Assembly: GCA_035711225.1 (NCBI GenBank)
Contig: DASTCK010000025.1
Coordinates: 1 to 51,841, forward strand
DNA from: Casimicrobiaceae bacterium
Lineage (GTDB): Bacteria > Pseudomonadota > Gammaproteobacteria > Burkholderiales > Casimicrobiaceae
DNA length: 51,841 bases
Direction: 5' to 3'
This document shows positions 10,808 to 20,739 of the stretch, piece after piece (position 1 is the stretch's first letter; the number at the start of each line of letters is the position of its first letter). The translations under genes were made by a program, and so were the position numbers. Below the pieces are notes generated by a model. The model did not search any database. It had not been told where the DNA came from and saw nothing but the letters and a program-made list of their open reading frames with translations.

Positions 10808-12862
10808 TCAGGCCAATGACGTTGTCATCCCATTATGCCGCAGAAGGGCGTCGAGTTGGGGCTCCCGTCCCCGGAACGCGACGAACGACGCCATCGCCGG
10901 CCGGCTGCCGCCCTTCGCCAGCACCTCGTCGCGGAAGCGCCGGCCCGCCTCGGGGGACAGCACGCCCATCTCCTCGAACAGGCTGTAGGCGTCCGCCGAG
11001 AGGACCTCGGCCCACTTGTAGCTGTAGTAGCCGGCGGCGTACCCGCCGGCGAAGATGTGGCCGAACGCGTGCATGAAGCGGTCGTAGGGCGCGACCGGCA
11101 GCACGCGGACGTCGGCGCGCACCGCGTCGAGCACGGCCTGCGGCGACGCGTAGCGCCCGCCGCCGCCCGGGACGTACGCGCTGTGCACGAGCATGTCGAA
11201 CAGCCCGAACTCGAGCTGCCGGACCGTCCCGAGCCCGCTCTGGAAGTTCTTCGCGGCGAGCATGCGGTCGTAGAGGTCGCGCGGCAGCGGCTCGCCGGTG
11301 TCGACGTGCGAGGTCATGTGCTCCAGCACGTCCCATTCCCAGCAGAAGTTCTCCATGAACTGGCTGGGCAGCTCGACCGCGTCCCACTCGACGCCGTCGA
11401 TGCCCGACACGCCGAGCACCTCGACCTGCGTGAGCATCTGGTGCAGGCCGTGCCCGAACTCGTGGAACACCGTGATCACGTCGTCGTGCGTGAACAGCGC
11501 CGGCTTGCCGCCCACCGGCGCGGGCAGGTTGCACGTCAGGTACGCGACCGGGATCTGCACCGCCGTCCCGGTGCGGCGGCGGTTGATCGCGTCGTCCATC
11601 CACGCGCCGCCCTGCTTGTGGTCGCGCGCGTAGTTGTCGAAGTAGAACTGCGCGATCGTCGTGCCGGCGCGGTCGGCGATGTCGAAGAAGCGGACGCTCG
11701 GGTGCCAGGCCTCGGCCTTCGACTCGCGGATCTTCACCCCGTAGATCGTCTCGACGACGCGGAACAGGCCGGCGAGCACCTGGCTCTCCGGGAAATACTG
11801 GCGCACGAGCTCGTCGGAGAACGCGTAGCGCTCGTTCATGAGCTTCTCGCTCGCGTACGCGATGTCCCAGGGCTCGAGCCTGTCGATGCCCAGGCGGTCG
11901 CGCGCGAACGCCATCAGCTCCGCCAGGTCCCGCTCGGCGTACGGCTTCGCGCGCCTCGCGAGGTCGCGCAGGAACGCCAGCACCTCGTCGGTGCCGCCCG
12001 CCATCTTCGGCACGAGCGACAGCGTCGCGTAGTCCGGGTAGCCCAGCAGGTGCGCGGCCTCGAGCCGCAGCGCGAGCACGCGTTCGATCAGCGGGCCGTT
12101 GTCCCACTCGGCGCGCGCGCCGAGGTCCGAAGCGCGCGTCGCCTGCGCGCGGTGCAGCTCGGCGCGCAGCGTCCGATCGTCGGCGTACTTCATCACGGGC
12201 AGGAAGCAGGGCATCCGGACCGTGAGCTTCCAGCCTTCGCGCCCGTCGGCTTGCGCCGCCTCGCGCGCCTCGGCCACGACGTCGTCGGGCACCCCGGCGA
12301 GCCGCCGCTCGTCGTGGACGAAGAGGGCGTAGTCGTTGGTCGCGTCGAGCACGTGGTCGTCGAACGTCGCGGTGAGCGACGCGAGCTCCTCCGAGATCGC
12401 CTTGAAGCGCGCCTTCTGCGCGGGCGGCAGCTCGGCGCCGGTCAGGCGGAAGTCGCGCAGCTCGTTCTCGATCACCCGGCGGCGCGCGTCGTCGAGCGAG
12501 GCGAACGCGCTCGACGCGGCGAGCGCGCGGTACTTCGCATAGAGCCGCTCGTCCTGGCCAAGCTCGGTGTAGAACGTCGTGATGCGCGGCAGGTTGCCGT
12601 TGTAGGCGTCGCGCAGCGCCGGCGTGCTGACCACCGCGTTCATGTGGCGCAGCGCGCCCCACGCGCGATGCAGCCGGTCGAGCGTATCGGCAATCGGCTC
12701 GGCGACGGTCTCCCAGGTCGGCGCGCGCGCGTCGCTGACCACGCGCTCGATCGTCGCGCGCGCGTCGGCGAGCAGGCGATCGATCGCCGGGGTCGCGTGC
12801 TCGGGACGGATCGACGCGAAGCGGGGGAGGCCCGAGAAATCGAGCAGCGGATTGTCGTTCAT
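10808..12862 (-). CDS. prlC: Oligopeptidase A (M3 family)
   Basis: [44 protein letters not shown]. Confidence 0.96.
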   Translation of the reverse strand: MNDNPLLDFSGLPRFASIRPEHATPAIDRLLADARATIERVVSDARAPTWETVAEPIADTLDRLHRAWGALRHMNAVVSTPALRDAYNGNLPRITTFYTELGQDERLYAKYRALAASSAFASLDDARRRVIENELRDFRLTGAELPPAQKARFKAISEELASLTATFDDHVLDATNDYALFVHDERRLAGVPDDVVAEAREAAQADGREGWKLTVRMPCFLPVMKYADDRTLRAELHRAQATRASDLGARAEWDNGPLIERVLALRLEAAHLLGYPDYATLSLVPKMAGGTDEVLAFLRDLARRAKPYAERDLAELMAFARDRLGIDRLEPWDIAYASEKLMNERYAFSDELVRQYFPESQVLAGLFRVVETIYGVKIRESKAEAWHPSVRFFDIADRAGTTIAQFYFDNYARDHKQGGAWMDDAINRRRTGTAVQIPVAYLTCNLPAPVGGKPALFTHDDVITVFHEFGHGLHQMLTQVEVLGVSGIDGVEWDAVELPSQFMENFCWEWDVLEHMTSHVDTGEPLPRDLYDRMLAAKNFQSGLGTVRQLEFGLFDMLVHSAYVPGGGGRYASPQAVLDAVRADVRVLPVAPYDRFMHAFGHIFAGGYAAGYYSYKWAEVLSADAYSLFEEMGVLSPEAGRRFRDEVLAKGGSRPAMASFVAFRGREPQLDALLRHNGMTTSLA

Positions 12863-12909
12863 CGCCTCGTCCTTCGAAGGCTCCGGGTCGGAGCAGTGTT
12901 GTCGCGGCG

Positions 12910-13629
12910 TCACGCGCCTTTCGCGAGCGCCGTCTCGAGCCGGGCGAGGTCGTCGGGGGTGCCGAGGTTCGCCCAGGGGCCCGAATAATACTCGCCCGTG
13001 GCCCGTCCGTGGTGGATGCAGTCGAGCATCAGCGGCAGCAGTTTGAGCTTGGCGCCCCGGGGAAGTTCGTCGAACAGCGCGGTGTCGTAGAGGCCGATGT
13101 TGCCGTAGGTCAGCGCATTGCGACCATGCGGCAGCAGGCGCTCCGCGTCGAGGCCTTCCAGCGCCCCGTCGAGCGCGAAATCCCCCTGCGGGTGGTAGGG
13201 CGGATTGGGAACCATCACCAGGTGGATCGCGCGCCCTCGCGCTGCGTCGACGCGTTCGCGGTGACGGCCGATCGACGCGTAGTCGTACGCGGTCCACAGG
13301 TCGCCCGACACGATCAGCACCGCGCCGTCGGCGAGCAGCGGGCGCGCGGTGGCGATGCCGCCGAGCGTTTCCAGCGGCTCGGGCTCGATCGACCAGTGCA
13401 GCGTCGCGCCGAACGTGCCGCCGTCGCCGAGCGCGTCGACGAGCTTGCCGGCGAGGTGCGACGCGTTGATCGCGATGTCGCGATGGCCCGCGCGAGCGAG
13501 CGCTTCGATCTGGTGGACGACGAGCGGCTTGCCGGCGACGCGAAGCAGCGGCTTCGGCAGCTCGTCGGTCAGCGGCCGCATGCGCTCGCCGCGGCCGGCC
13601 GCGAGGATCATCGCCGTCGCCTTCCCCAT
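12910..13629 (-). CDS. murU: N-acetylmuramate alpha-1-phosphate uridylyltransferase
   Basis: AMILAAGRGERMRPLTD..PKPLL; directly downstream of amgK. Confidence 0.9.
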   Translation of the reverse strand: MGKATAMILAAGRGERMRPLTDELPKPLLRVAGKPLVVHQIEALARAGHRDIAINASHLAGKLVDALGDGGTFGATLHWSIEPEPLETLGGIATARPLLADGAVLIVSGDLWTAYDYASIGRHRERVDAARGRAIHLVMVPNPPYHPQGDFALDGALEGLDAERLLPHGRNALTYGNIGLYDTALFDELPRGAKLKLLPLMLDCIHHGRATGEYYSGPWANLGTPDDLARLETALAKGA

Positions 13630-13631
13630 GG

Positions 13632-14684
13632 TCAGAACGTGTAGCCGGCGGCCGGCGCGCGGCCCTCGATCGCGTCGAGGAGCCGCGAGAGCGGATCGAA
13701 GGCGGCGTAGCGCCTGCACGCGCCGCGCAGGTAGGCCATCACGCGCGGCATGTCGGCGAGGTAGCCGGACTTGCCGTCGCGGTGGAAGAGGCGCGCGAAG
13801 ATGCCGAGCACCTTGAGCTGGCGCTGGACGCCCATCCACTCGAAGTCGCGCCAGAACGTGCCGAAGTCGGCGTCGACGGGCAGGTGCGCCGCGCGGGCGC
13901 GCTCCCAGTAGCGCGCCGCCCAGTCGAGCTGACGCTCCTCGTCCCACGCGACGTACGCGTCGCGCAGCAGCGAGACGAGGTCGTAGGTGATCGGCCCGTG
14001 GACGGCGTCCTGGAAGTCGAGCACGCCGGGGTTGGGCGAGGCGAGCATCAGGTTGCGAGAATGGTAGTCGCGGTGGACGTAGACGCGGGGCTGCGCGAGG
14101 TTGTTGGCGAGCAACAGCGCGAACGTCCGCTCGAGCGTGTCGCGCATCGGCGCGTCGACGGCGACGCCGAGGTGCTTCGCGAGGTACCAGTCGGGAAAGA
14201 GGTCGAGCTCGCGGCGCAGCAGGGCCGCGTCGTAGGGCGGCAGCTCGCCCTCGCGCGAGGCGCGCTGCCATCGCACCAGCGCCTCGATCGCGTCGAGGTA
14301 GAGCGCGTGGGCGCTAACCGGGGTCAGAGTCGAATCCGACCCCGACCCCGACGACGCCGACAGCGCGTCGAGGTAGGTCACGCTGCCGAGATCGTCGAGC
14401 AGCAGGAAGCCGCGCGCGAGGTCCTGCGCGAGCACGCGCGGGGCGTGCACGCCGGCGTCGACCAGCAGCTTCGCGACGTGGACGAAGGGCCGGCAGTCCT
14501 CCATCGGCGGCGGCGCGTCCATCGCGACCAGCGTGCGCGCGCCGAACGCTTCACGCGCGAGCGACACGCGGAAGTAGCGGCGGAAGCTCGCGTCGGCGGA
14601 CGCGGGGGCGAGCGCATGGCCGGCGCCGTCGAGCACGGTCGCGAGCCACGCGTCGAGCGCTTCGAGACGGTCGGCAGCGGTCAT
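13632..14684 (-). CDS. amgK: Anomeric MurNAc/GlcNAc kinase (APH-like phosphotransferase)
   Basis: ASADASFRRYFR, MDAPP, VHRDYHSRNLM, LDFQDA, QRQLKVLGIFARL; divergent from lptD. Confidence 0.92.
   Translation of the reverse strand: MTAADRLEALDAWLATVLDGAGHALAPASADASFRRYFRVSLAREAFGARTLVAMDAPPPMEDCRPFVHVAKLLVDAGVHAPRVLAQDLARGFLLLDDLGSVTYLDALSASSGSGSDSTLTPVSAHALYLDAIEALVRWQRASREGELPPYDAALLRRELDLFPDWYLAKHLGVAVDAPMRDTLERTFALLLANNLAQPRVYVHRDYHSRNLMLASPNPGVLDFQDAVHGPITYDLVSLLRDAYVAWDEERQLDWAARYWERARAAHLPVDADFGTFWRDFEWMGVQRQLKVLGIFARLFHRDGKSGYLADMPRVMAYLRGACRRYAAFDPLSRLLDAIEGRAPAAGYTF
14317..14344. repeat. REP-like palindrome located in frame inside amgK
   Basis: Reverse complement CGGGGTCGGATTCGACTCTGACCCCGGT matches intergenic 31565-31592 at 26/28 positions. 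Confidence 0.8.
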
Positions 14685-14829
14685 CGGGGGGGCCTCGAGA
14701 GGCCGCTGTCGGAAAGGACGGAGGATCGTCGGGAACGGGAGTCGACGCGCGAAGCCCGGGCGCGCGAGCGGATTCGCGCGCGCGTTGGGTAGAATGGCCA
14801 TTCTAGCAAACCGCCGCGTCGCTTCCCAC

Positions 14830-17199
14830 GTGCAACTCGTCCGCCGGCTCGCTCCGCGCGCGCTTTCCGCCGCCCTCGCGGCGGCGCTCGCCGCGCCCGC
14901 GGTGGCGCAGCAGGCCGCGCCGCCGGAGCCGCCGCTGACGCTGCGCCCCTCGCGCGAGATCGCGCCACCGCTGCCGCCTCCGCGGGCCGCACCGCCCGGG
15001 ACCGCGGCTCGGCCCCAGCGCCCGTCGCTGCGCTTCGACGACGACACCGAGCGCGGCGTCGTGTTCCTGCGCGCCGACCGGCTCGAAGGCGTCGGGCAGC
15101 GCGAGGTGTCCGCCGAGGGGCGCGTCGAGCTTCGCGCCCATCGCGAAACCGTGCTCGCCGAGCGGCTCGTGTACGACCTCACGCGCGACGAGGTGCACGC
15201 GACCGGCAACGTCGTGCTGCGCAAGGGCACGGACTTCATCACCGGACCCGAGCTCACCTATCGCCGGGAATCGCAGACGGGCTCGTTCCGCTCGCCCGTG
15301 TTCCAGATCGGCGAGACCGGCGCGCGCGGCGACGCCTCGACGATCACGTTCGCCGGGCCCGACCGCTACACGGTCAGCGACGGCCGCTACACGACCTGCG
15401 TCGCGCCGCGCGAGGACTGGTTCCTGCAGACCGCCGAGCTCGACCTCGACACGCAACGCATGGTCGGCACGGCGCGCGACGCGACGGTGCGCTTCTTCGG
15501 CGCGCCGATCTTCTACGCGCCGTGGATCGAGTTCCCGCTCAGCAACGAGCGCAAGAGCGGCTTCCTCGTGCCCACCGCGGGCTCGTCGGGCGCGCGCGGC
15601 ATCGAGTTCGCGCTGCCCTACTACTTCAACCTCGCGCCCAACTACGACGCGACCGTGACCCCGCGCATCATGAGCAAGCGCGGGCTGCAGCTCGGCGGCC
15701 AGTTCCGCTACCTGCTCGGCAGCGACGGGTGGCAGAACGGCGGCGAGGCCGACGCGCAGGTGTTGCCGGACGACCGCCAGACCAACGACACGCGCTACGC
15801 GCTGGTGTGGCGCCACCAGCAGCAGATGCCCAGGGGGTTCGGCGCCTACCTCGACCTCAACAAGGTCAGCGACGACAAGTACTTCGCCGACCTGGCCGAC
15901 CGCATCGCGATCACGTCGCAGACGACGCTGCCGCGCGAAGCGGGCCTCACCTACGGCAACGGCCCGTGGAGCGCGCTCGCCCGCGTGCAGACCTTCCAGG
16001 TGCTGCAGGACCCGAACGCGCCGATCGTGCCGCCCTACCACCGCGTGCCGCAGATTGTCGGAACGCTGGCGGAGACGCCGTGGGCGGGGCTCTGGTTCTC
16101 GGGCTTCGGCGAGTATTCGCGCTTCCGCTCCGACACGCTGGTCGAGGGCGGTCGCGCGGTGCTGTATCCGCAGGTCGCCTGGAAGCTGGGCACGCCGGGC
16201 TGGTTCCTCGCGGCGCGCACGGGCATCCACCTGCGCCGCTACGACCTCGACGCGTTTCCGGGCGACGACCCGGACAACCGCCACCGCGACCTGGCGATCC
16301 CGATCACGAGCCTCGACGCGGGGCTGGTGTTCGAGCGCGAGTGGAACCTGTTCGGGATCCCGTTCACGCACACGCTCGAGCCGCGTGCCTATTACGTCTA
16401 CATCCCGTTCCGCGAGCAGAACTCGCTGCCGGTGTTCGACTCGGCGATCGACGACTACAACTTCGGGCAGCTGTTCACCGAGAACCGCTACCTCGGCAAC
16501 GACCGCATCGGCGACGCGAACCAGCTCACGGTCGGCGTGACGTCGCGACTGCTGCAGCCCGGGACGGGCGCCGAGCGACTGCGCGTCGCGCTCGGCCAGC
16601 GCTTCTACTTCGAGGACCAGCGCGTCACGCTGAACGAGGTTCCGCGCTCGGCGTCCTCGTCCGACATCCTGCTCGCGGTCGAGGGGCGTATCTCTGAAGC
16701 GTGGGCGATCGCCGGCCTGGTGCAGCAAAACCTCGACCGCGGCCAGAACGAGCGCTTCAACCTCGCGGTGCGCTACACGCCGTCGCCTGGCAGCGCGGTC
16801 TCGGCGAGCTACCGGTTCACGCGGCAGCTCGTCAACCCGAACGGCTCGGCCGAGCAGATCAAGCAGATCGACCTGGCGGCCCAGTGGCCGGTGGCAGGGC
16901 GATGGACGCTGCTCGGGCGCTTCAACTACTCGCTGTCGGACCGCAAGACGCTCGAGGCCATCGCGGGCGTCGAGTACAATGGCGACTGCTGGGCGCTCCG
17001 CGCGGTGCTCCACCGCCTCGCGACGACGGTCGACCAGACCAACACGTCGTTCTTCATCCAGCTGGAACTCAACGGCCTCGCGCGGGTCGGAACCAGTCCG
17101 CTGGACCTGCTCCGCCGCAGCGTCCCGGGGTACGTGCCGGTGAACGACCCGGTGCTGATGCAGCGCGATCGCACCGCCGATCCGCTGCCCGAATTCTAG
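14830..17199 (+). CDS. lptD: LPS assembly outer-membrane protein LptD
   Basis: Signal peptide, ERKSGFL.P, PYYFNLAPNYDAT, LEPR.YYVYIP, DRIGDANQLT, C-terminal QLELNGL; start 14830 (GTG) inferred, alternative 14794. Confidence 0.97.
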   Translation: MQLVRRLAPRALSAALAAALAAPAVAQQAAPPEPPLTLRPSREIAPPLPPPRAAPPGTAARPQRPSLRFDDDTERGVVFLRADRLEGVGQREVSAEGRVELRAHRETVLAERLVYDLTRDEVHATGNVVLRKGTDFITGPELTYRRESQTGSFRSPVFQIGETGARGDASTITFAGPDRYTVSDGRYTTCVAPREDWFLQTAELDLDTQRMVGTARDATVRFFGAPIFYAPWIEFPLSNERKSGFLVPTAGSSGARGIEFALPYYFNLAPNYDATVTPRIMSKRGLQLGGQFRYLLGSDGWQNGGEADAQVLPDDRQTNDTRYALVWRHQQQMPRGFGAYLDLNKVSDDKYFADLADRIAITSQTTLPREAGLTYGNGPWSALARVQTFQVLQDPNAPIVPPYHRVPQIVGTLAETPWAGLWFSGFGEYSRFRSDTLVEGGRAVLYPQVAWKLGTPGWFLAARTGIHLRRYDLDAFPGDDPDNRHRDLAIPITSLDAGLVFEREWNLFGIPFTHTLEPRAYYVYIPFREQNSLPVFDSAIDDYNFGQLFTENRYLGNDRIGDANQLTVGVTSRLLQPGTGAERLRVALGQRFYFEDQRVTLNEVPRSASSSDILLAVEGRISEAWAIAGLVQQNLDRGQNERFNLAVRYTPSPGSAVSASYRFTRQLVNPNGSAEQIKQIDLAAQWPVAGRWTLLGRFNYSLSDRKTLEAIAGVEYNGDCWALRAVLHRLATTVDQTNTSFFIQLELNGLARVGTSPLDLLRRSVPGYVPVNDPVLMQRDRTADPLPEF

Positions 17200-17210
17200 A
17201 AGGTGCAACG

Positions 17211-18584
17211 ATGACGATGCTTCGTCGCCTCCCCGCCGCCGCCCTGGTGCTGCTGGCCGTGCCGCTCGCCGCGCTGGCGCAGCCCGCGACGCCCCCCGGC
17301 GTCCGCCCGCTCCCGCCCGCGTTGCGCCCGGCGCAGGCCGCCGCGCCGGCGTCGAACGCGCCGCTCGCGCTCGACCGCGTCGTCGCGGTCGTGAACGACG
17401 AGGCGCTCACGCAGTTCGAGATGAACGAGCAGAAGCGGATCCTGATGCAGCAGCTGCGCGAATCCCGGCTGCAGCCGCCCGCGCCGGACGTGCTGGACAA
17501 GCAGGTGCTCGACCGCCTGATCACCGAGCGCGCGCTCCTCCAGTACGCGAAGGAGACCGGCATCCGCGTCGACGACACGACGGTCGAGCGCACGATCCTG
17601 CGCATCGCCCAGGAGAACAAGCTCACGCCCGACGAGTTCCGCAAGGTGCTCGACCGCGAGGGCATCGCCTACGGCAAGTACATCGAGGACGTCCGCCGCG
17701 AGCTCGTCATCCAGCGGCTGCGCGACCGCGAGATCGACAGCAAGATCTTCGTGTCCGACGCGGAAGTCGACAACTACCTGGCCACCGTCGCCGCGCAGGC
17801 CGGCGGCGAGACCGAGTACCTCGTTTCGCACATCCTGGTGCGCGTGCCCGAGCAGAGCTCCCCCGAGCAGATAGCGCAGCGCCTGGCGCGGGCGAACGAA
17901 GCGCTGGCGAAGGTGCGCGCCGGCGAGGACTTCGCGCAGGTCGCCGCCACGTGGTCGGACGCGAACGACGCGCAGCAGGGCGGAAACCTCGGCTGGCGCA
18001 CGCCGGCGCGCCTGCCGTCGATCTTCGTCGAGGCGGTGCGGTCGCTGAAGAAAGGCGAGGTCTCTGAGCCGCTGCGCAGTCCCGCGGGTTTCCACATCGT
18101 CAAGGTCGTCGACGAGCGCAGCCGCAACGCCCCGAACGTCGTCCAGCAGACGCGCGTGCGGCACATCCTGGTCAAGGTGAACGAGCTCACCTCCGACGTC
18201 GAGGCGAAGGCCAAGATCGACCGCATCCGCGAGCGCATCGAGACCGGCGCGAAGTTCGAGGACCAGGCGCGCGTCAACTCCGAGGACGCGTCGTCGGCGA
18301 AGGGGGGCGAGCTCGGCTGGATCACGCCGGGCGACGTGGTCCCCGACTTCCAGCGCGCGATGGAGAACCTGAAGATCGGCGAGCTCTCGGCGCCGGTGCG
18401 CTCGCCCTTCGGCTGGCACCTGCTGCAGGTGATGGAGCGGCGCGAGCAGGACGTGTCGAAGGAGCGCCAGCGCGACCAGGCGCGCCTCGCGCTGCGCCAG
18501 CGGAAGGCCGACGAGCAGTTCGCCGACTTCGTGCGCCAGACGCGCGACCGCGCCTACGTCGAGATCAAGGCGGACGAGCGCTGA
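17211..18584 (+). CDS. surA: Periplasmic chaperone/PPIase SurA
   Basis: DRVVAVVN, two parvulin domains (SHILVR..GG.LGW; RHILVK..SPFGWH); follows lptD. Confidence 0.96.
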   Translation: MTMLRRLPAAALVLLAVPLAALAQPATPPGVRPLPPALRPAQAAAPASNAPLALDRVVAVVNDEALTQFEMNEQKRILMQQLRESRLQPPAPDVLDKQVLDRLITERALLQYAKETGIRVDDTTVERTILRIAQENKLTPDEFRKVLDREGIAYGKYIEDVRRELVIQRLRDREIDSKIFVSDAEVDNYLATVAAQAGGETEYLVSHILVRVPEQSSPEQIAQRLARANEALAKVRAGEDFAQVAATWSDANDAQQGGNLGWRTPARLPSIFVEAVRSLKKGEVSEPLRSPAGFHIVKVVDERSRNAPNVVQQTRVRHILVKVNELTSDVEAKAKIDRIRERIETGAKFEDQARVNSEDASSAKGGELGWITPGDVVPDFQRAMENLKIGELSAPVRSPFGWHLLQVMERREQDVSKERQRDQARLALRQRKADEQFADFVRQTRDRAYVEIKADER

Positions 18585-19890
18585 GCGTCCGCCGGGCCGC
18601 GGCGTTTGCGCCCGACTGGCCGTCGACCGGTCCCGAGCCGGCGAGGCTGACCACGCCGGCGACTGCGAGCCGCGCGAGCATCCACGCGACGACGATTGCG
18701 AGCGGCTCGCGCATCCACCCGGCACCGTGTTCCTCGCGCCTCGGCCAGCGCGCCCGGTCGAGGAACGCGCGCTCCACCAGCGCGTACGACAGCGCACTGA
18801 GCGCGAACGCCGCCGGCCAGACGGCGAGCGCCAGTCGGCCGAAATCGCCCAGCGACCCATCGCCTCGCAACGGAACCAGGCGATGGTCGACGGCGAACTC
18901 GATCACGGCGAAATGCCACAGGTACAGGCTGTAGCTGACCGCGCCGGTCCACACGGCCGCACGGTTGCCGAAGATCGAGGCGCCGAGACGACCGGCCCCG
19001 GGGATCGCCACCGCGAACAGCATCGCGGCGATGGCGAGCGACAGCGCGACCATGCGGGCGAACGTCAGGATATCGCCGGTCCACCAGGCGAACTCGAACC
19101 GACCCGAGACATACGCGATCGCCGCCAGCGCCACGGCGCCGGCGACGAAGATCGCATTCGCGCGCGCGGATCCTGCGTCGCGCGAGCGCGCCGCGAGGCT
19201 GGCCGCCGCCATGCCGCTCGAGAACTCGATGCCGCGGAACACCGTCCACGGCATGAGCCACGCCATGTCCCGATCGATCACCAGCCAGTGCACCAGGTAG
19301 GTGGTGGTGAGCGCAAGCACGACCAGTGGCCACGCGCGTCCGTGCGAGAGGATCCACGCCCCGGCCGGGAACACAAGGTAGAAGTGCCATTCGATCGGCA
19401 GCGACCAGAACACGCCGCTGATCGTGCTCACGTAGGCCGGCACGAGGTTGTGCGTCATCACGAGGTGCAGCGCCGTGTCCGCGAACGACGGCGCCGTCCA
19501 GCGTCCGATGCCGAGCCACGAGAGCGGCAGCAGGATCGACAGACAGGCGAGGTAGGCCGGGAAGACGCGCAGCACGCGGCGGCCCACGAAGCGCAGGTAC
19601 GCCGTGGCACCGCGCCATGGTTGCAGTGCTGCACTGCGCTCGTGCTCGACCTGCCATTGCAGGACGAAACCCGAGAGCACGAAGAACACGTCGACGCCCA
19701 GCCAGCCGGCGCCGAGCAGCGGATCGATGCGCCAGGGGAACTCCGCGGCAGGCCACCCGATCGCAGGCCGGCCCGCGGCGAGCCACGTGTGATAGGCCAT
19801 GACCCACAGCGCCGCGAACGCGCGGACGCCGGTGAGCGCGGGAACGTCGGCGCGGTGTTCGCTCACGTCGGTGTCGTGCAAAGACGACAC
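18565..19890 (-). CDS. Acyltransferase-3 (OafA-like) membrane O-acyltransferase
   Basis: LTGVRAFAALWV..YH, GVDVFFVLSGF, RR.LRVFPAY, WSLPIEWHFY, SYSLYLWH; overlaps the surA 3' end by 20 nt. Confidence 0.9.
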   Translation of the reverse strand: MSSLHDTDVSEHRADVPALTGVRAFAALWVMAYHTWLAAGRPAIGWPAAEFPWRIDPLLGAGWLGVDVFFVLSGFVLQWQVEHERSAALQPWRGATAYLRFVGRRVLRVFPAYLACLSILLPLSWLGIGRWTAPSFADTALHLVMTHNLVPAYVSTISGVFWSLPIEWHFYLVFPAGAWILSHGRAWPLVVLALTTTYLVHWLVIDRDMAWLMPWTVFRGIEFSSGMAAASLAARSRDAGSARANAIFVAGAVALAAIAYVSGRFEFAWWTGDILTFARMVALSLAIAAMLFAVAIPGAGRLGASIFGNRAAVWTGAVSYSLYLWHFAVIEFAVDHRLVPLRGDGSLGDFGRLALAVWPAAFALSALSYALVERAFLDRARWPRREEHGAGWMREPLAIVVAWMLARLAVAGVVSLAGSGPVDGQSGANAAARRTLSARPP

Positions 19891-19988
19891 CGTGCCCGCT
19901 CATGGCGAGCGGAGATGACGACGGCGTCCCGACTTCGACCGACGTTGCGGTTGCCGGTTCAACGCGAGGTGCAAAGGTCGCATCGACA

Positions 19989-20728
19989 TCAAGGCGAGCG
20001 GGCGCCGGCCAAGGGTGTCGCGGCCGCACGACGCCTGAGGCGCAGCGCGGGCGCCTCGATCGCGTGCCAGCTCGCGACCGCGAGCGCGAGCACGATCGGA
20101 TAGGCGATGCCGAACAGGAGCCACGGCGACACGACGCCGACGAGCGCCGCGATCGCCTGCTGCGTCGGGAACGCGTAGACGTAGATCCCGTACGAATAGT
20201 CGCCGAGGCGGCGGAACGCCGGTACGTCGAGCGCCGGGTGGTACGCGGGCACCAGCGTCGCGTAGGAGATCCCGCCGAAGAGCGCGTACACCTCGACGGC
20301 CGTGTCGAGCAGGGCCGCGCTCGCGGCGAGCCACCCGAGCGCCAGGGCGATCGACCCCACGGGCCGATGACGAACGTCGCGTAGACGGTGGCGATCACGT
20401 ACGCGGGCAGGATGCGCAGCGCGCGCGAGCGGGTGTCGTCGAGCACACCGGCCGAGCTGTCGAAGCTCCGCGCGACGAGGTAGCCGCTGATCGCGAAGAA
20501 CACGATGACGGCGAGCGACGCGAAGTCGACGATGCGCGTCAGTCGCGCGCGCGGCTCGTCCCGCAGGTGGCCCGACAGCGGGTAGCCGTGCGAGAAGACG
20601 ACGAGCTACGCGGCGACGAAGCGCAGCAGGCTCAGGTTGTTGTCGCGACCGCGGTCCAGCGTGCCCAGCGCGGCGATCCCGAAGCGCCCGGTCGGGCGCG
20701 CGAACGCCGGGGAGGCGGCGTGGGCCAA
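19989..20728 (-). pseudogene. Disrupted acyltransferase-3 gene
   Basis: RDNNLSLLRFVAA*LVVFSHGY (in-frame TAG 20606-20608), FFAISGYLV, RALRILP, frame switch near 20360, then GDYSYGIYVYAFP.QQ and SWHAIE.PAL; central part missing. Confidence 0.85.
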
Positions 20729-20739
20729 CGGACGCGGCG

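Noticed and set aside
20606-20608. Amber codon as pyrrolysine or programmed readthrough
   Set aside because: The same gene also has a frameshift and apparent deletion; no pyl genes seen; other genes use TAG as a normal stop
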